Positions 36,197-43,060 of a stretch of 43,060 nucleotides of DNA are shown here, in pieces (within the stretch, counting starts at the first letter, position 1; each line of letters begins with the position of its first letter). This stretch comes from a virus. Its lineage: Duplodnaviria > Caudoviricetes. The DNA is taken from positions 1-43,060 of IMG/VR virus record IMGVR_UViG_3300027798_000079. One strand, 5' to 3'. The position numbers and the translations under genes were made by a program. Under the pieces are notes generated by a model. That model made no database searches. It worked only from the letters and a program-made list of their open reading frames with translations, and was not told where the DNA came from.

Positions 36197-36950
36197 CACC
36201 CACCTCCTGTTCTTCAACCTTTGCCATTGACTGTTTGAGTCGGCTGGCAGGGACTGGTTGAATGGACTCTTGCAACTGGACTGGAGGAGCGAAGCCAGTC
36301 ACCTCAGCCTCTGACGCAAAAACCTGATCGATGTCCGCTGACGATGGCAATCGCTTGCACAGTCTGCGGATGACAGTCTTCTTTGCCATCTCATCAAACC
36401 ACTGTGTCCACGGTCCAGCGCCACTAGCGCGACTAGATGCCCTGACCTTCTCGACTTGATCGATGGTCATGACTTCACGGTAGACACCGCCATCCTTTGT
36501 CTTTGCAATGGCGTAGACGGCGATGATGTCTCCCTTCAGCCGTCCAAGATACGGCTTATGTGAGATCTTCTCGTCATCGCCAAGGGTAAAGTCGAAGATA
36601 TCCTTCTCAAACACCACATTGGCAGAGATCGTCAAGAGGTCTCCGCTGTTGCGAAGTTTCTTGAGAATGCCACCAATCATGGGCATGTACTGAACCTTCT
36701 GCCCAAAGACAACCAAGGCGGCTTCTCGACCGTCCAGCATTAAGCCGTCCTGAGCGGCTTTCATGCAAGCACCTAGCAAACTGCGCCGATCACCTTGCAA
36801 CAGCGCAGGGTTCATCTGCACCGCCGTCATAGTGGTGCGGACAAACTTCTCCGCTGTGATCTGCGTTGGCAGGGCAGCCGTGAAGTCAGGTTGCATTCTG
36901 ACAAGTGTTGACCTCATTGCCTCAACTGGACTGATTGTAATCTCACTCAT
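36168..36950 (-). CDS. recT: RecT-family single-strand annealing protein
   Basis: SLLGACMKAAQDGL..DGREA.LV...GPWTQWFDEMAKKTVIRRL.K.LP. Confidence 0.9.
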   Translation of the reverse strand: MSEITISPVEAMRSTLVRMQPDFTAALPTQITAEKFVRTTMTAVQMNPALLQGDRRSLLGACMKAAQDGLMLDGREAALVVFGQKVQYMPMIGGILKKLRNSGDLLTISANVVFEKDIFDFTLGDDEKISHKPYLGRLKGDIIAVYAIAKTKDGGVYREVMTIDQVEKVRASSRASGAGPWTQWFDEMAKKTVIRRLCKRLPSSADIDQVFASEAEVTGFAPPVQLQESIQPVPASRLKQSMAKVEEQEVGDDGDDNAEA

Positions 36951-37141
36951 TGTCCTTGCTCCTCTCCGTGTGAACGACTGAAATATATGTCTTCAACCCG
37001 CAGTTCAGGGTTGTTCAGGATGTCCTCCGCTGTGGCAAGACGAGCGACGATGTCACTTGTGCAAGCCTTGATCGCCTTTGATTTGGATTCTGCCCTGATG
37101 AGCAGATCTCCAGTCCGTGTCGTAACGAGATAAATCTTCAA
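36947..37141 (-). CDS. Hypothetical protein (~64 aa)
   Basis: Probable TTG start KIYLV...LIRAES..KAI; fills the gap between exonuclease and RecT. Confidence 0.6.
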   Translation of the reverse strand: MKIYLVTTRTGDLLIRAESKSKAIKACTSDIVARLATAEDILNNPELRVEDIYFSRSHGEEQGQ

Positions 37142-37142
37142 T

Positions 37143-38105
37143 TTAGCCTTCTTTCTTTGCTGTAAACTTAAACATTCGATACCCCTTACGAGACCCAACA
37201 AGGGTCCCGACCATGTCTTGTGTAATCATTGTGCCGACTGAATCCTTGGTGAACCCACATGAAATAGATCCAAGAGGAGACAGCACCTTCGACGCGCTGC
37301 CAATGCGTTCGAGAATCTGCGCCTTGGTCGCCTTCTTCAGTTCATCGTATGAATCAGCCTCAGCCGATACATGACGATACTGCTGAATCAATGCGTCCAA
37401 AGATTCGTCCGACTTTGCGATGAGGTTCGCATCGACATTCTTGCTGAGCCTGTCGATGATGAAGTCTGCATCCTTGGTGTAGTCGGCAGACGGTGGACTG
37501 TTCGAGTCAACCCGCTGCCAAAAAGCCTTGACCTTGGCGCGGATGTCAGCGCCGATTTCACGATCTCGAAGTCGAGTAATGGACACCTTGCGGTTGCCAC
37601 CAACCAAAGCAACGAGGACACAGTAATCGATGTCGGCGACCTCCATCTGATGCTGAATCTGGAGTTCGATGTGTTCAGGCGCTTCGATGTTAAAATCTCC
37701 ATTATCAATCCACCTAATATTAAATGCAAGATTGTCCACATTCTTGATTTCAAGAATTCCTGGCTTTCCAGAAGCATGCCCAGCATCAATCATAAAGTCG
37801 AATGACGAACCAATCCTTGCATCAGGTTGACGCATGTAGCAACCCAACTTGCTAATAGTCCAGCCTGAGTCTTCGGCTGCACCGATTGCGATTGACGACT
37901 CAAGGCGCTTGCCCCAAGTCATTCGTTCGTTCTCTTCGATGCGGACGACCACACCATCTTTCTTGGTGTGAAACAATTCGTACTCTGTGAGATATGGAGA
38001 AAGTCCATAGAGCGCAGAGACTTCCGTTGAAGTGATGTCCTTCATTCGTTCTTGGAGCCACGATTCTGTGTTGACGAATTCGATCTTTTCAATTGTTGGT
38101 TTCAT
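37143..38105 (-). CDS. YqaJ-like (lambda exonuclease family) recombination nuclease
   Basis: WLQERMKDITSTEV...SPY, SSFD, LEIKN, QIQHQM; paired with RecT. Confidence 0.9.
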   Translation of the reverse strand: MKPTIEKIEFVNTESWLQERMKDITSTEVSALYGLSPYLTEYELFHTKKDGVVVRIEENERMTWGKRLESSIAIGAAEDSGWTISKLGCYMRQPDARIGSSFDFMIDAGHASGKPGILEIKNVDNLAFNIRWIDNGDFNIEAPEHIELQIQHQMEVADIDYCVLVALVGGNRKVSITRLRDREIGADIRAKVKAFWQRVDSNSPPSADYTKDADFIIDRLSKNVDANLIAKSDESLDALIQQYRHVSAEADSYDELKKATKAQILERIGSASKVLSPLGSISCGFTKDSVGTMITQDMVGTLVGSRKGYRMFKFTAKKEG

Positions 38106-38305
38106 TTGTATTCCTTTCTTCCGCCTGTTGCTTGATTGTCTTCATATCCTGCTTTGTATTCTGCAATCTGTTCCTCTGTCATTTCATGCGCTTCAATTCT
38201 TCCACGGATGTTGCATAAATAATGCGGACAAGGGACTCGATGATAAAAACTGTCGGCTGATCCACGATCAAATGGACCGCCATGTACTTGATCATTCTTT
38301 TTCAT
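38102..38305 (-). CDS. Hypothetical phage protein (67 aa)
   Basis: HGGPFDRGSADSFY...EYKAGY; coupled ORF. Confidence 0.75.
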   Translation of the reverse strand: MKKNDQVHGGPFDRGSADSFYHRVPCPHYLCNIRGRIEAHEMTEEQIAEYKAGYEDNQATGGRKEYK

Positions 38306-38418
38306 TTGTGCTTTCCTTTCTGATAATCTGTGTTGACGACATCGTCAGGTATTGACGAATCATTGAGAAACCAAGTGACCGCAACGAGTGCGACGATAAA
38401 ACCGATGCATACGATCAT
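38302..38418 (-). CDS. Small membrane protein (38 aa)
   Basis: MIVCIGFIVALVAVTWFL TM segment; AGGAG RBS; coupled on both sides. Confidence 0.55.
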   Translation of the reverse strand: MIVCIGFIVALVAVTWFLNDSSIPDDVVNTDYQKGKHK

Positions 38419-38786
38419 GATGCTCCTGCTGTGCTGTGAGTTTTTGAACAAGCAATTCCGTGATTCGCACCGCCACAGGCACACTCACAGTTGTGTCCCT
38501 TGGCTTTGCGACAACGGTCATCACACGAGTGAAGACTTGGGTATTTGGCATATGAAATTGCGCGAACAAATTGGCGCAAAGTTGGATCGCTAGGTTTGTA
38601 CACGGCAAACCATCCTGATACGGATGGCTCAAGACCAACGCATTCTTCGAGGGTAATTCCCCAGTCCACGAAATTTGAGCGGTGAATTACAACGCAAGAT
38701 TGCGATGGCATTTCTACGCCATTTGCGTCAAAGAATTTGATTGACCGATTTTTAACTTTGCCGCGGATGTTGTTTGTGTTGCACAT
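38415..38786 (-). CDS. Cys-rich putative Zn-binding protein, probably leaderless
   Basis: HSCDDRCRKAKGHNCECACGGANHG motif. Confidence 0.75.
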   Translation of the reverse strand: MCNTNNIRGKVKNRSIKFFDANGVEMPSQSCVVIHRSNFVDWGITLEECVGLEPSVSGWFAVYKPSDPTLRQFVRAISYAKYPSLHSCDDRCRKAKGHNCECACGGANHGIACSKTHSTAGAS

Positions 38787-38792
38787 GGTTAG

Positions 38793-38821
38793 ATTGTAAT
38801 AGGTATCGACAAGTATGTCAA
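38793..38821 (-). promoter_or_regulatory. Near-consensus sigma70 leftward promoter
   Basis: TTGACA-N17-TACAAT; ATG at 38786 after a 6-nt gap. Confidence 0.85.
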
Positions 38822-38870
38822 GGGTACTTTAGTGTGGATAAAAGTTTTTTTTATTTGTCTAAAAAATGTG

Positions 38871-38900
38871 TTGACGGATCGCCATAAATGTCGTTATCGT
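38871..38900 (+). promoter_or_regulatory. Probable divergent rightward promoter
   Basis: TTGACG-N18-TATCGT preceded by an A/T tract. Confidence 0.5.
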
Positions 38901-38917
38901 GTGCAAGAGAGGTACCC

Positions 38918-39292
38918 GTGATCCAGTTACAACTACCATTTCCACCCACAGAATTAAGCCCAAACAAGCGTTTACACTGGGCTGCGCTGGCAAAAGCAAA
39001 GGCTAATTATCGCGCAAAATGCCACCTTTTAACAAGAGATCAGCATCCAGAGAAAGCAAAGTACGGTCAGGATTTCGACCTGGCAATGGTCTTTGTGCCG
39101 CCCGACCGCCGTCTTTATGACCGTGACAATCTCATTGCCCGAATGAAATCTGGGCTGGATGGCATGTGTGATGCGCTTGGGATCAATGACAATCAGTTTA
39201 TGTCAGTCACCGCAAGGTTGTCGAAAGACAGTCTCGGTGGCTTTGTTCAGGTTTCTATTCACCCTAACTTTGGAGAAAATTATGACGACTAA
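38918..39292 (+). CDS. rusA: RusA-like Holliday junction resolvase
   Basis: LPFPP..LSPN...PPDRRLYDRDNL...K.GLDG..DALGIND. Confidence 0.82.
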   Translation: MIQLQLPFPPTELSPNKRLHWAALAKAKANYRAKCHLLTRDQHPEKAKYGQDFDLAMVFVPPDRRLYDRDNLIARMKSGLDGMCDALGINDNQFMSVTARLSKDSLGGFVQVSIHPNFGENYDD

Positions 39293-39668
39293 AATTTATG
39301 ATTTATGTGCAAAAATTGGCAAGTACACAGGTGCAGATGGCAAGGAAAAAGGGCGTTGGCAGAATGTCGGAGCAGTCATGCAGAATGACGATGGTGGCAA
39401 GTTCATTATGCTTGCGCGTTGGTTCAACCCCGCAGGTGTTCCTGATTTGACTGGCAAGGGTGGCGAATCAATCCTGCTGTCTATGTTCCCGCCGAAGGAT
39501 GCCGAAATGCCAGCCCGACAAATCAATGAGGATGCACCTGCCTATGTCCCTCGTCAAGAAGATCAAGAGCAGATCACTCGCCAACTGGCAAGCGTAGTTG
39601 TGAAGGCTCCTGCACCAAAGAAGGCTGCACCAGTTGCCATTAAGCCTGAAGATGATTTGCCATTTTGA
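39282..39668 (+). CDS. Probable single-stranded DNA-binding protein
   Basis: GKY...DGKEKGRWQNVG OB-like N-terminus; acidic EDDLPF C-terminus; GGAG RBS. Confidence 0.7.
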   Translation: MTTKIYDLCAKIGKYTGADGKEKGRWQNVGAVMQNDDGGKFIMLARWFNPAGVPDLTGKGGESILLSMFPPKDAEMPARQINEDAPAYVPRQEDQEQITRQLASVVVKAPAPKKAAPVAIKPEDDLPF

Positions 39669-39684
39669 ATCATGCAAACCTCCC

Positions 39685-39726
39685 AGGGCAGGTGCGTTGC
39701 CGAGCCAGAGCGCACTTGCCCTTTTT
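39685..39726 (+). terminator. Terminator/attenuator hairpin upstream of the replication gene
   Basis: agggcaggtgcgtt / agcgcacttgccct 14-bp stem with T tract. Confidence 0.7.
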
Positions 39727-39741
39727 GAATAAAGGATCGGC

Positions 39742-40515
39742 ATGAATAAAAGTCCGTGGATCAAACTTTGGGTGTCCGACATCGTCGCATCGTGCAGCGA
39801 TATGTCGGCTGAAACTTTTGGCATTCACATGAGGATGATCCTCTATTCTTGGGACCGTGGATACTGTCCAAGTGACACCAAGAAACTCAAAGCCATTACA
39901 AATTTTAAACATTTCCGTTCGCTTTCTGAAGCAGTTGCTCGATGGAAAGCAGTCAGGATTCCTTCCGTTTCTGAAGTTGTCCTCATCCACCCAAGAGTCG
40001 AGGAGGAGAGACAGAAAATGCTAGAATCATCGCAGAAAATGACCGAAAGATCGCAAAAGGCAAATGAAGTTCGTTGGAAAAAGCCGATCCTTGTTGGATC
40101 CCACAGTGGGATCCTTAATTCATCCTTAGAGGATCCCATGCTAGATGCTATTACCAATACAGTATCAATTACTCCAAATACAATTCAAAGGGAATTGATC
40201 TCTCTACTTGCGGAGAGCGAAAAATCTGTAAAAAAACAAGCAGCCAAATCCGATCACATTTTTTGGTCAGTTGAAACGAGTTGGGTTGGCATCAACGACA
40301 TCGACCGAGCAGGTTGGAATGTCGCATTCCCAGCCGTCAACATTGATCAGGAGTTGCAAAAGATGACCGAGTGGTTGACTAGCAACCCAACGCAAGCCCG
40401 TAAACGGCTCTGGAGGCGTTTCTTGACCAATTGGCTATCACGGAGTCAGGAGCGAGGAGGAACGCGTCAGAATGTCTCTACGGCGTTTCCTAGGAATTTG
40501 GAATCTAACTTTTAA
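39742..40515 (+). CDS. Replication initiator (YdaU/DUF1376-like N-terminus, replisome-organiser-like C-terminus)
   Basis: PWIKLWVSD...MSAE.FG...ILYSW; FPAVNIDQEL.KM.EWL.SNP...RFLTNWLSR. Confidence 0.8.
   Translation: MNKSPWIKLWVSDIVASCSDMSAETFGIHMRMILYSWDRGYCPSDTKKLKAITNFKHFRSLSEAVARWKAVRIPSVSEVVLIHPRVEEERQKMLESSQKMTERSQKANEVRWKKPILVGSHSGILNSSLEDPMLDAITNTVSITPNTIQRELISLLAESEKSVKKQAAKSDHIFWSVETSWVGINDIDRAGWNVAFPAVNIDQELQKMTEWLTSNPTQARKRLWRRFLTNWLSRSQERGGTRQNVSTAFPRNLESNF
40086..40190. other. Putative replication origin (iterons plus AT-rich tract) inside the initiator gene
   Basis: ATCC-core repeats at 40087, 40098, 40111, 40122, 40133 followed by an AT-rich stretch. Confidence 0.55.
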
Positions 40516-40527
40516 GAAAGGCAAACA

Positions 40528-41118
40528 ATGCAAGACGAACGAACTTGGGAACACAACGAGATCCGAATTCGACAAATGTGGAGTCGAGCCGACTGGGGAG
40601 ATGAGAACAACGAGTTGCGGAAGATGTTCAAGAAGCAACTCCGTGGACTCAATCAGGTTTACCTCTATGACGCAATCGATGACCACAAGATGTCCAGCGC
40701 GTCTTGGACTCCTGAGATCTCGCAGATCCTAAAAGCCTACGGCAAGATTGAGGAGGCAAGACGGTTTCGACCCTCAGGTCCAACACCTGCTAGCGCAAAG
40801 TGGTGGGTGGACTTTGAACGCCCATCCAAACACACAGGACTGCCCTGCAAGTTCTCGACCGACTGCCCCGACCGAACCACAGCCGAGTCCTATGCCAAGC
40901 AGGTCGGTGGTCGAATTCGCAACCATTCGCAGGAAGATCCAGCCCAAGACGATGGACTACTCAACCTCATCCTGTCAACGCCAAGGGAAATTGTCAGGTC
41001 AGTTGTCAATGCACTTCGAGCAGAGCATTACATCGTCAGCCCACTCCCAGCAAACATATCCGAGTGGAACCAATCCGCAATCGGAATGGTTGCATACAGA
41101 ATTCAGGTGGCGAAATGA
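40528..41118 (+). CDS. Hypothetical protein in the helicase-loader position
   Basis: AGAAAGG RBS; follows the initiator; WTPEISQI motif. Confidence 0.6.
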   Translation: MQDERTWEHNEIRIRQMWSRADWGDENNELRKMFKKQLRGLNQVYLYDAIDDHKMSSASWTPEISQILKAYGKIEEARRFRPSGPTPASAKWWVDFERPSKHTGLPCKFSTDCPDRTTAESYAKQVGGRIRNHSQEDPAQDDGLLNLILSTPREIVRSVVNALRAEHYIVSPLPANISEWNQSAIGMVAYRIQVAK

Positions 41119-41303
41119 GCAATTTTGTTTATGTATTACGGCAGTCAATTGAAAAACTTATTGAAGAAAGACAACAATTGATTCAGGAGCGAGACGAGGC
41201 ACGGCGCGAAGTTTGCCAATGGAGTTCTGAATCAGATAAAAAATTCACACCAGAAGAAGATGCAGATTTGCGTAAATGGGACTGCTTCAAGGAGACGCAA
41301 TGA
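41115..41303 (+). CDS. Hypothetical protein (62 aa)
   Basis: ATGA coupling; ERDEARREVC...WDCFKE. Confidence 0.65.
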   Translation: MSNFVYVLRQSIEKLIEERQQLIQERDEARREVCQWSSESDKKFTPEEDADLRKWDCFKETQ

Positions 41304-41539
41304 ACGCCCAAGAATATAAAGAATATAAAAACGAGTTGGGGCAAACTTTGCAAGACCTACAAACAAACCTGTGGCATTATCGTGATGTTAAAAACAGGGC
41401 GTGGGCTGATTTCAGGCGCAACAACAAATCACTTGAAATATTGTTGATGGCAAGGCTTGCAGATCTTGATGCAACACAAGCAGAAATTGCCATGGTTGAA
41501 ATGAAAATTGAAATGAGGAACTACAAGAATGGACTATGA
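41300..41539 (+). CDS. Hypothetical coiled-coil protein (79 aa)
   Basis: ATGA coupling, AAGGAG RBS. Confidence 0.65.
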   Translation: MNAQEYKEYKNELGQTLQDLQTNLWHYRDVKNRAWADFRRNNKSLEILLMARLADLDATQAEIAMVEMKIEMRNYKNGL

Positions 41540-41834
41540 GAACCCAATCAAACTTCGTCACGACCCTCTGATTTGGCTCGAAGTCGAGCGAGATTTTAAT
41601 CACGATCAACGCATCGTCGGAGGATGCAATCTTGCAATCAACGAAATTAAATCGCTTCGATCATCAATCAAGGAACTGCAAAACAACACCAAGCCAACCA
41701 AAGAAACCCTGCTCGAATACATCGACGCATTTCGTCGCGCTGGCACATCAATCCTTGTGACCTCCAACCTGAATCACGAACAGATGATGATCGCTCGAAG
41801 CGAACTCAACAAATTGATCAAGAGGAAATTGTGA
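41529..41834 (+). CDS. Hypothetical protein (101 aa)
   Basis: ORF in operon, GAGG RBS. Confidence 0.65.
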   Translation: MDYENPIKLRHDPLIWLEVERDFNHDQRIVGGCNLAINEIKSLRSSIKELQNNTKPTKETLLEYIDAFRRAGTSILVTSNLNHEQMMIARSELNKLIKRKL

Positions 41835-42286
41835 ACATCACCCTCGAACCATATGAAATTATCATGGGAGCAATGGTCGGAGTTCGTCGTCGTGTCTCAT
41901 CCATCGCCAAGAAACTCGACCGTGGAAGCACACAAGGCGATCCCTGGGGCATCGATGTCGAAGGCGCACTAGCCGAAGTCGCAGTTGCCAAAGCACTGGG
42001 AATCTATTTCTCAGGATCTGTGGACACATACAAGTCGCCAGATCTCGTTGGCATACAGGTCAGGTGGACACCACTTGAACAAGGCAGGTTGATTGTTCGA
42101 GACCAAGACGGCGACAACGAGAATTACATTCTTGTGACTGGCACTTGCCCCAACTACAAAATTAGCGGATGGATCGAAGGATTCAATGCCAAGGATTCCC
42201 AATATATTTCTGCACCAAACGGGCGAAGTGCAGCCTACTTTGTTCCACAAGAAAATTTGAAACCAATGAGGATTTACACCAAATGA
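41831..42286 (+). CDS. Hypothetical protein, possible PD-(D/E)XK-type nuclease fold
   Basis: EGALAEVAVAKAL...PDL..IQVR...YFVPQ..L. Confidence 0.6.
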   Translation: MNITLEPYEIIMGAMVGVRRRVSSIAKKLDRGSTQGDPWGIDVEGALAEVAVAKALGIYFSGSVDTYKSPDLVGIQVRWTPLEQGRLIVRDQDGDNENYILVTGTCPNYKISGWIEGFNAKDSQYISAPNGRSAAYFVPQENLKPMRIYTK

Positions 42287-43060
42287 GATATCTATCCGTT
42301 TGCTCAGGCATCGAAGCCGCATCGGTTGCTTGGCATTCACTCGGCTGGACACCAATTGGCTTTTCAGAAATCGAACCGTTTCCTTCAGCAGTTCTCGCAC
42401 ACCACTATCCAAAGGTAAAAAACTATGGCGACATGTCAAAATTCAGAGATTGGTCTCTTCGGGCAGGAGATATCGATCTCCTCGTCGGAGGGACTCCCTG
42501 CCAATCCTTCTCAATCGCAGGACTCCGACAAGGACTTAAAGATCCACGCGGAAACCTTATGCTCACATTTCTCGCAATTGCTGAGCATCTCAAACCCAAG
42601 TGGATCGTTTGGGAAAATGTCCCTGGAGTGCTGTCGTCCAACGGAGGAAAAGATTTTGGTTCCTTCCTCGGAGGGTTGGGGGAATTGGGGTATGGGTTCG
42701 CCTACAGAATTCTTGACGCTCAATGGTGCAGAACACACGGGCATCCACGAGCCGTCCCGCAGCGCAGACGGCGTGTCTTCGTTGTCGGATGTGTTGGAGA
42801 TCACATCGGTCCCGCAAAGGTTTTATTTGAGCAAGAAAGCATGCTCAGGTATTCTGCGACGCGCAGCTCGTCGAGGCAAGGAACTTCCGCCGATGTTGCT
42901 GGCTGCCTTAGAAGCGGTGGCGATGGTGGAGTTCCAAGTAGTCGAGGAGAACACCTGACATTTTCTGCTCCAATTAAACAACCAACTTGGTGGGACGGAG
43001 AAAAAACGGCAAACACTTTGACAAAATCAAAGGCCAATGGAACGCAACGGATGCCTGATA
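42283..43060 (+). CDS. C5-cytosine DNA methyltransferase, N-terminal part (motifs I-VIII); joined gene ~530 aa
   Basis: Manual translation: MRYLSVCSGIEA (I), GGTPCQSFS (IV), WENVPG (VI), QRRRRVFVVG (VIII); open to the window end and continues at position 2. Confidence 0.93.
   Translation, partial: MRYLSVCSGIEAASVAWHSLGWTPIGFSEIEPFPSAVLAHHYPKVKNYGDMSKFRDWSLRAGDIDLLVGGTPCQSFSIAGLRQGLKDPRGNLMLTFLAIAEHLKPKWIVWENVPGVLSSNGGKDFGSFLGGLGELGYGFAYRILDAQWCRTHGHPRAVPQRRRRVFVVGCVGDHIGPAKVLFEQESMLRYSATRSSSRQGTSADVAGCLRSGGDGGVPSSRGEHLTFSAPIKQPTWWDGEKTANTLTKSKANGTQRMPD
42425..42958 (+). CDS. Overprinted +1-frame ORF (177 aa), probable methyltransferase beta subunit (M.EcoHK31I-type)
   Basis: Nested in the MTase gene; own AAAGG RBS; SSLSDVLE..VPQRFYLS..ACSGILRRA.RRGKELP. 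Confidence 0.7.
   Translation: MATCQNSEIGLFGQEISISSSEGLPANPSQSQDSDKDLKIHAETLCSHFSQLLSISNPSGSFGKMSLECCRPTEEKILVPSSEGWGNWGMGSPTEFLTLNGAEHTGIHEPSRSADGVSSLSDVLEITSVPQRFYLSKKACSGILRRAARRGKELPPMLLAALEAVAMVEFQVVEENT
42909..43060. repeat. Terminal direct repeat, right copy (152 bp)
   Basis: Matches 1-146 plus a 6-bp in-frame insertion. Confidence 0.95.

Noticed and set aside
1-43060. CRISPR array, tRNA or rRNA genes
   Set aside because: No regularly spaced repeats or cloverleaf-like sequences seen by eye; a tRNAscan/Infernal run would be needed to exclude them fully

Overview
The window is an apparently complete, circularly permuted dsDNA phage genome of about 42.9 kb. The ends carry a ~150-bp direct repeat that splits a DNA methyltransferase gene. 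The virion module is podovirus-like and resembles Bordetella phage BPP-1: TerS/TerL, portal, scaffold, major capsid, cement, adaptor, nozzle and three internal (ejected) proteins, one of 2716 aa. It is followed by ~9 kb of mosaic tailspike/fibre genes, a holin/spanin cassette, a leftward RecT/YqaJ operon, a rightward RusA/SSB/replication-initiator operon and a leftward cluster of small early genes. I recognise no integrase, repressor, DNA/RNA polymerase or endolysin. Main points of interest: (1) A layered anti-restriction strategy. A C5 methyltransferase has ~7 tandem target-recognition modules and a second protein overprinted in its +1 frame. AGCT, GGCC, CCGG and ACGT are almost eliminated from the genome, and the rare exceptions lie where coding forces them or in recently swapped tailspike domains. 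(2) A lysis cassette with holins and spanins but no endolysin, plus a virion M23 peptidase domain lacking its Zn ligands. (3) A DNA-glycosylase-like cassette inside the giant ejected protein. (4) A phage-specific late promoter GGTACCCRT-N17-TAAWTT and probable leaderless genes. Family assignments come from motif recognition and site counts were made by eye; no searches were run.
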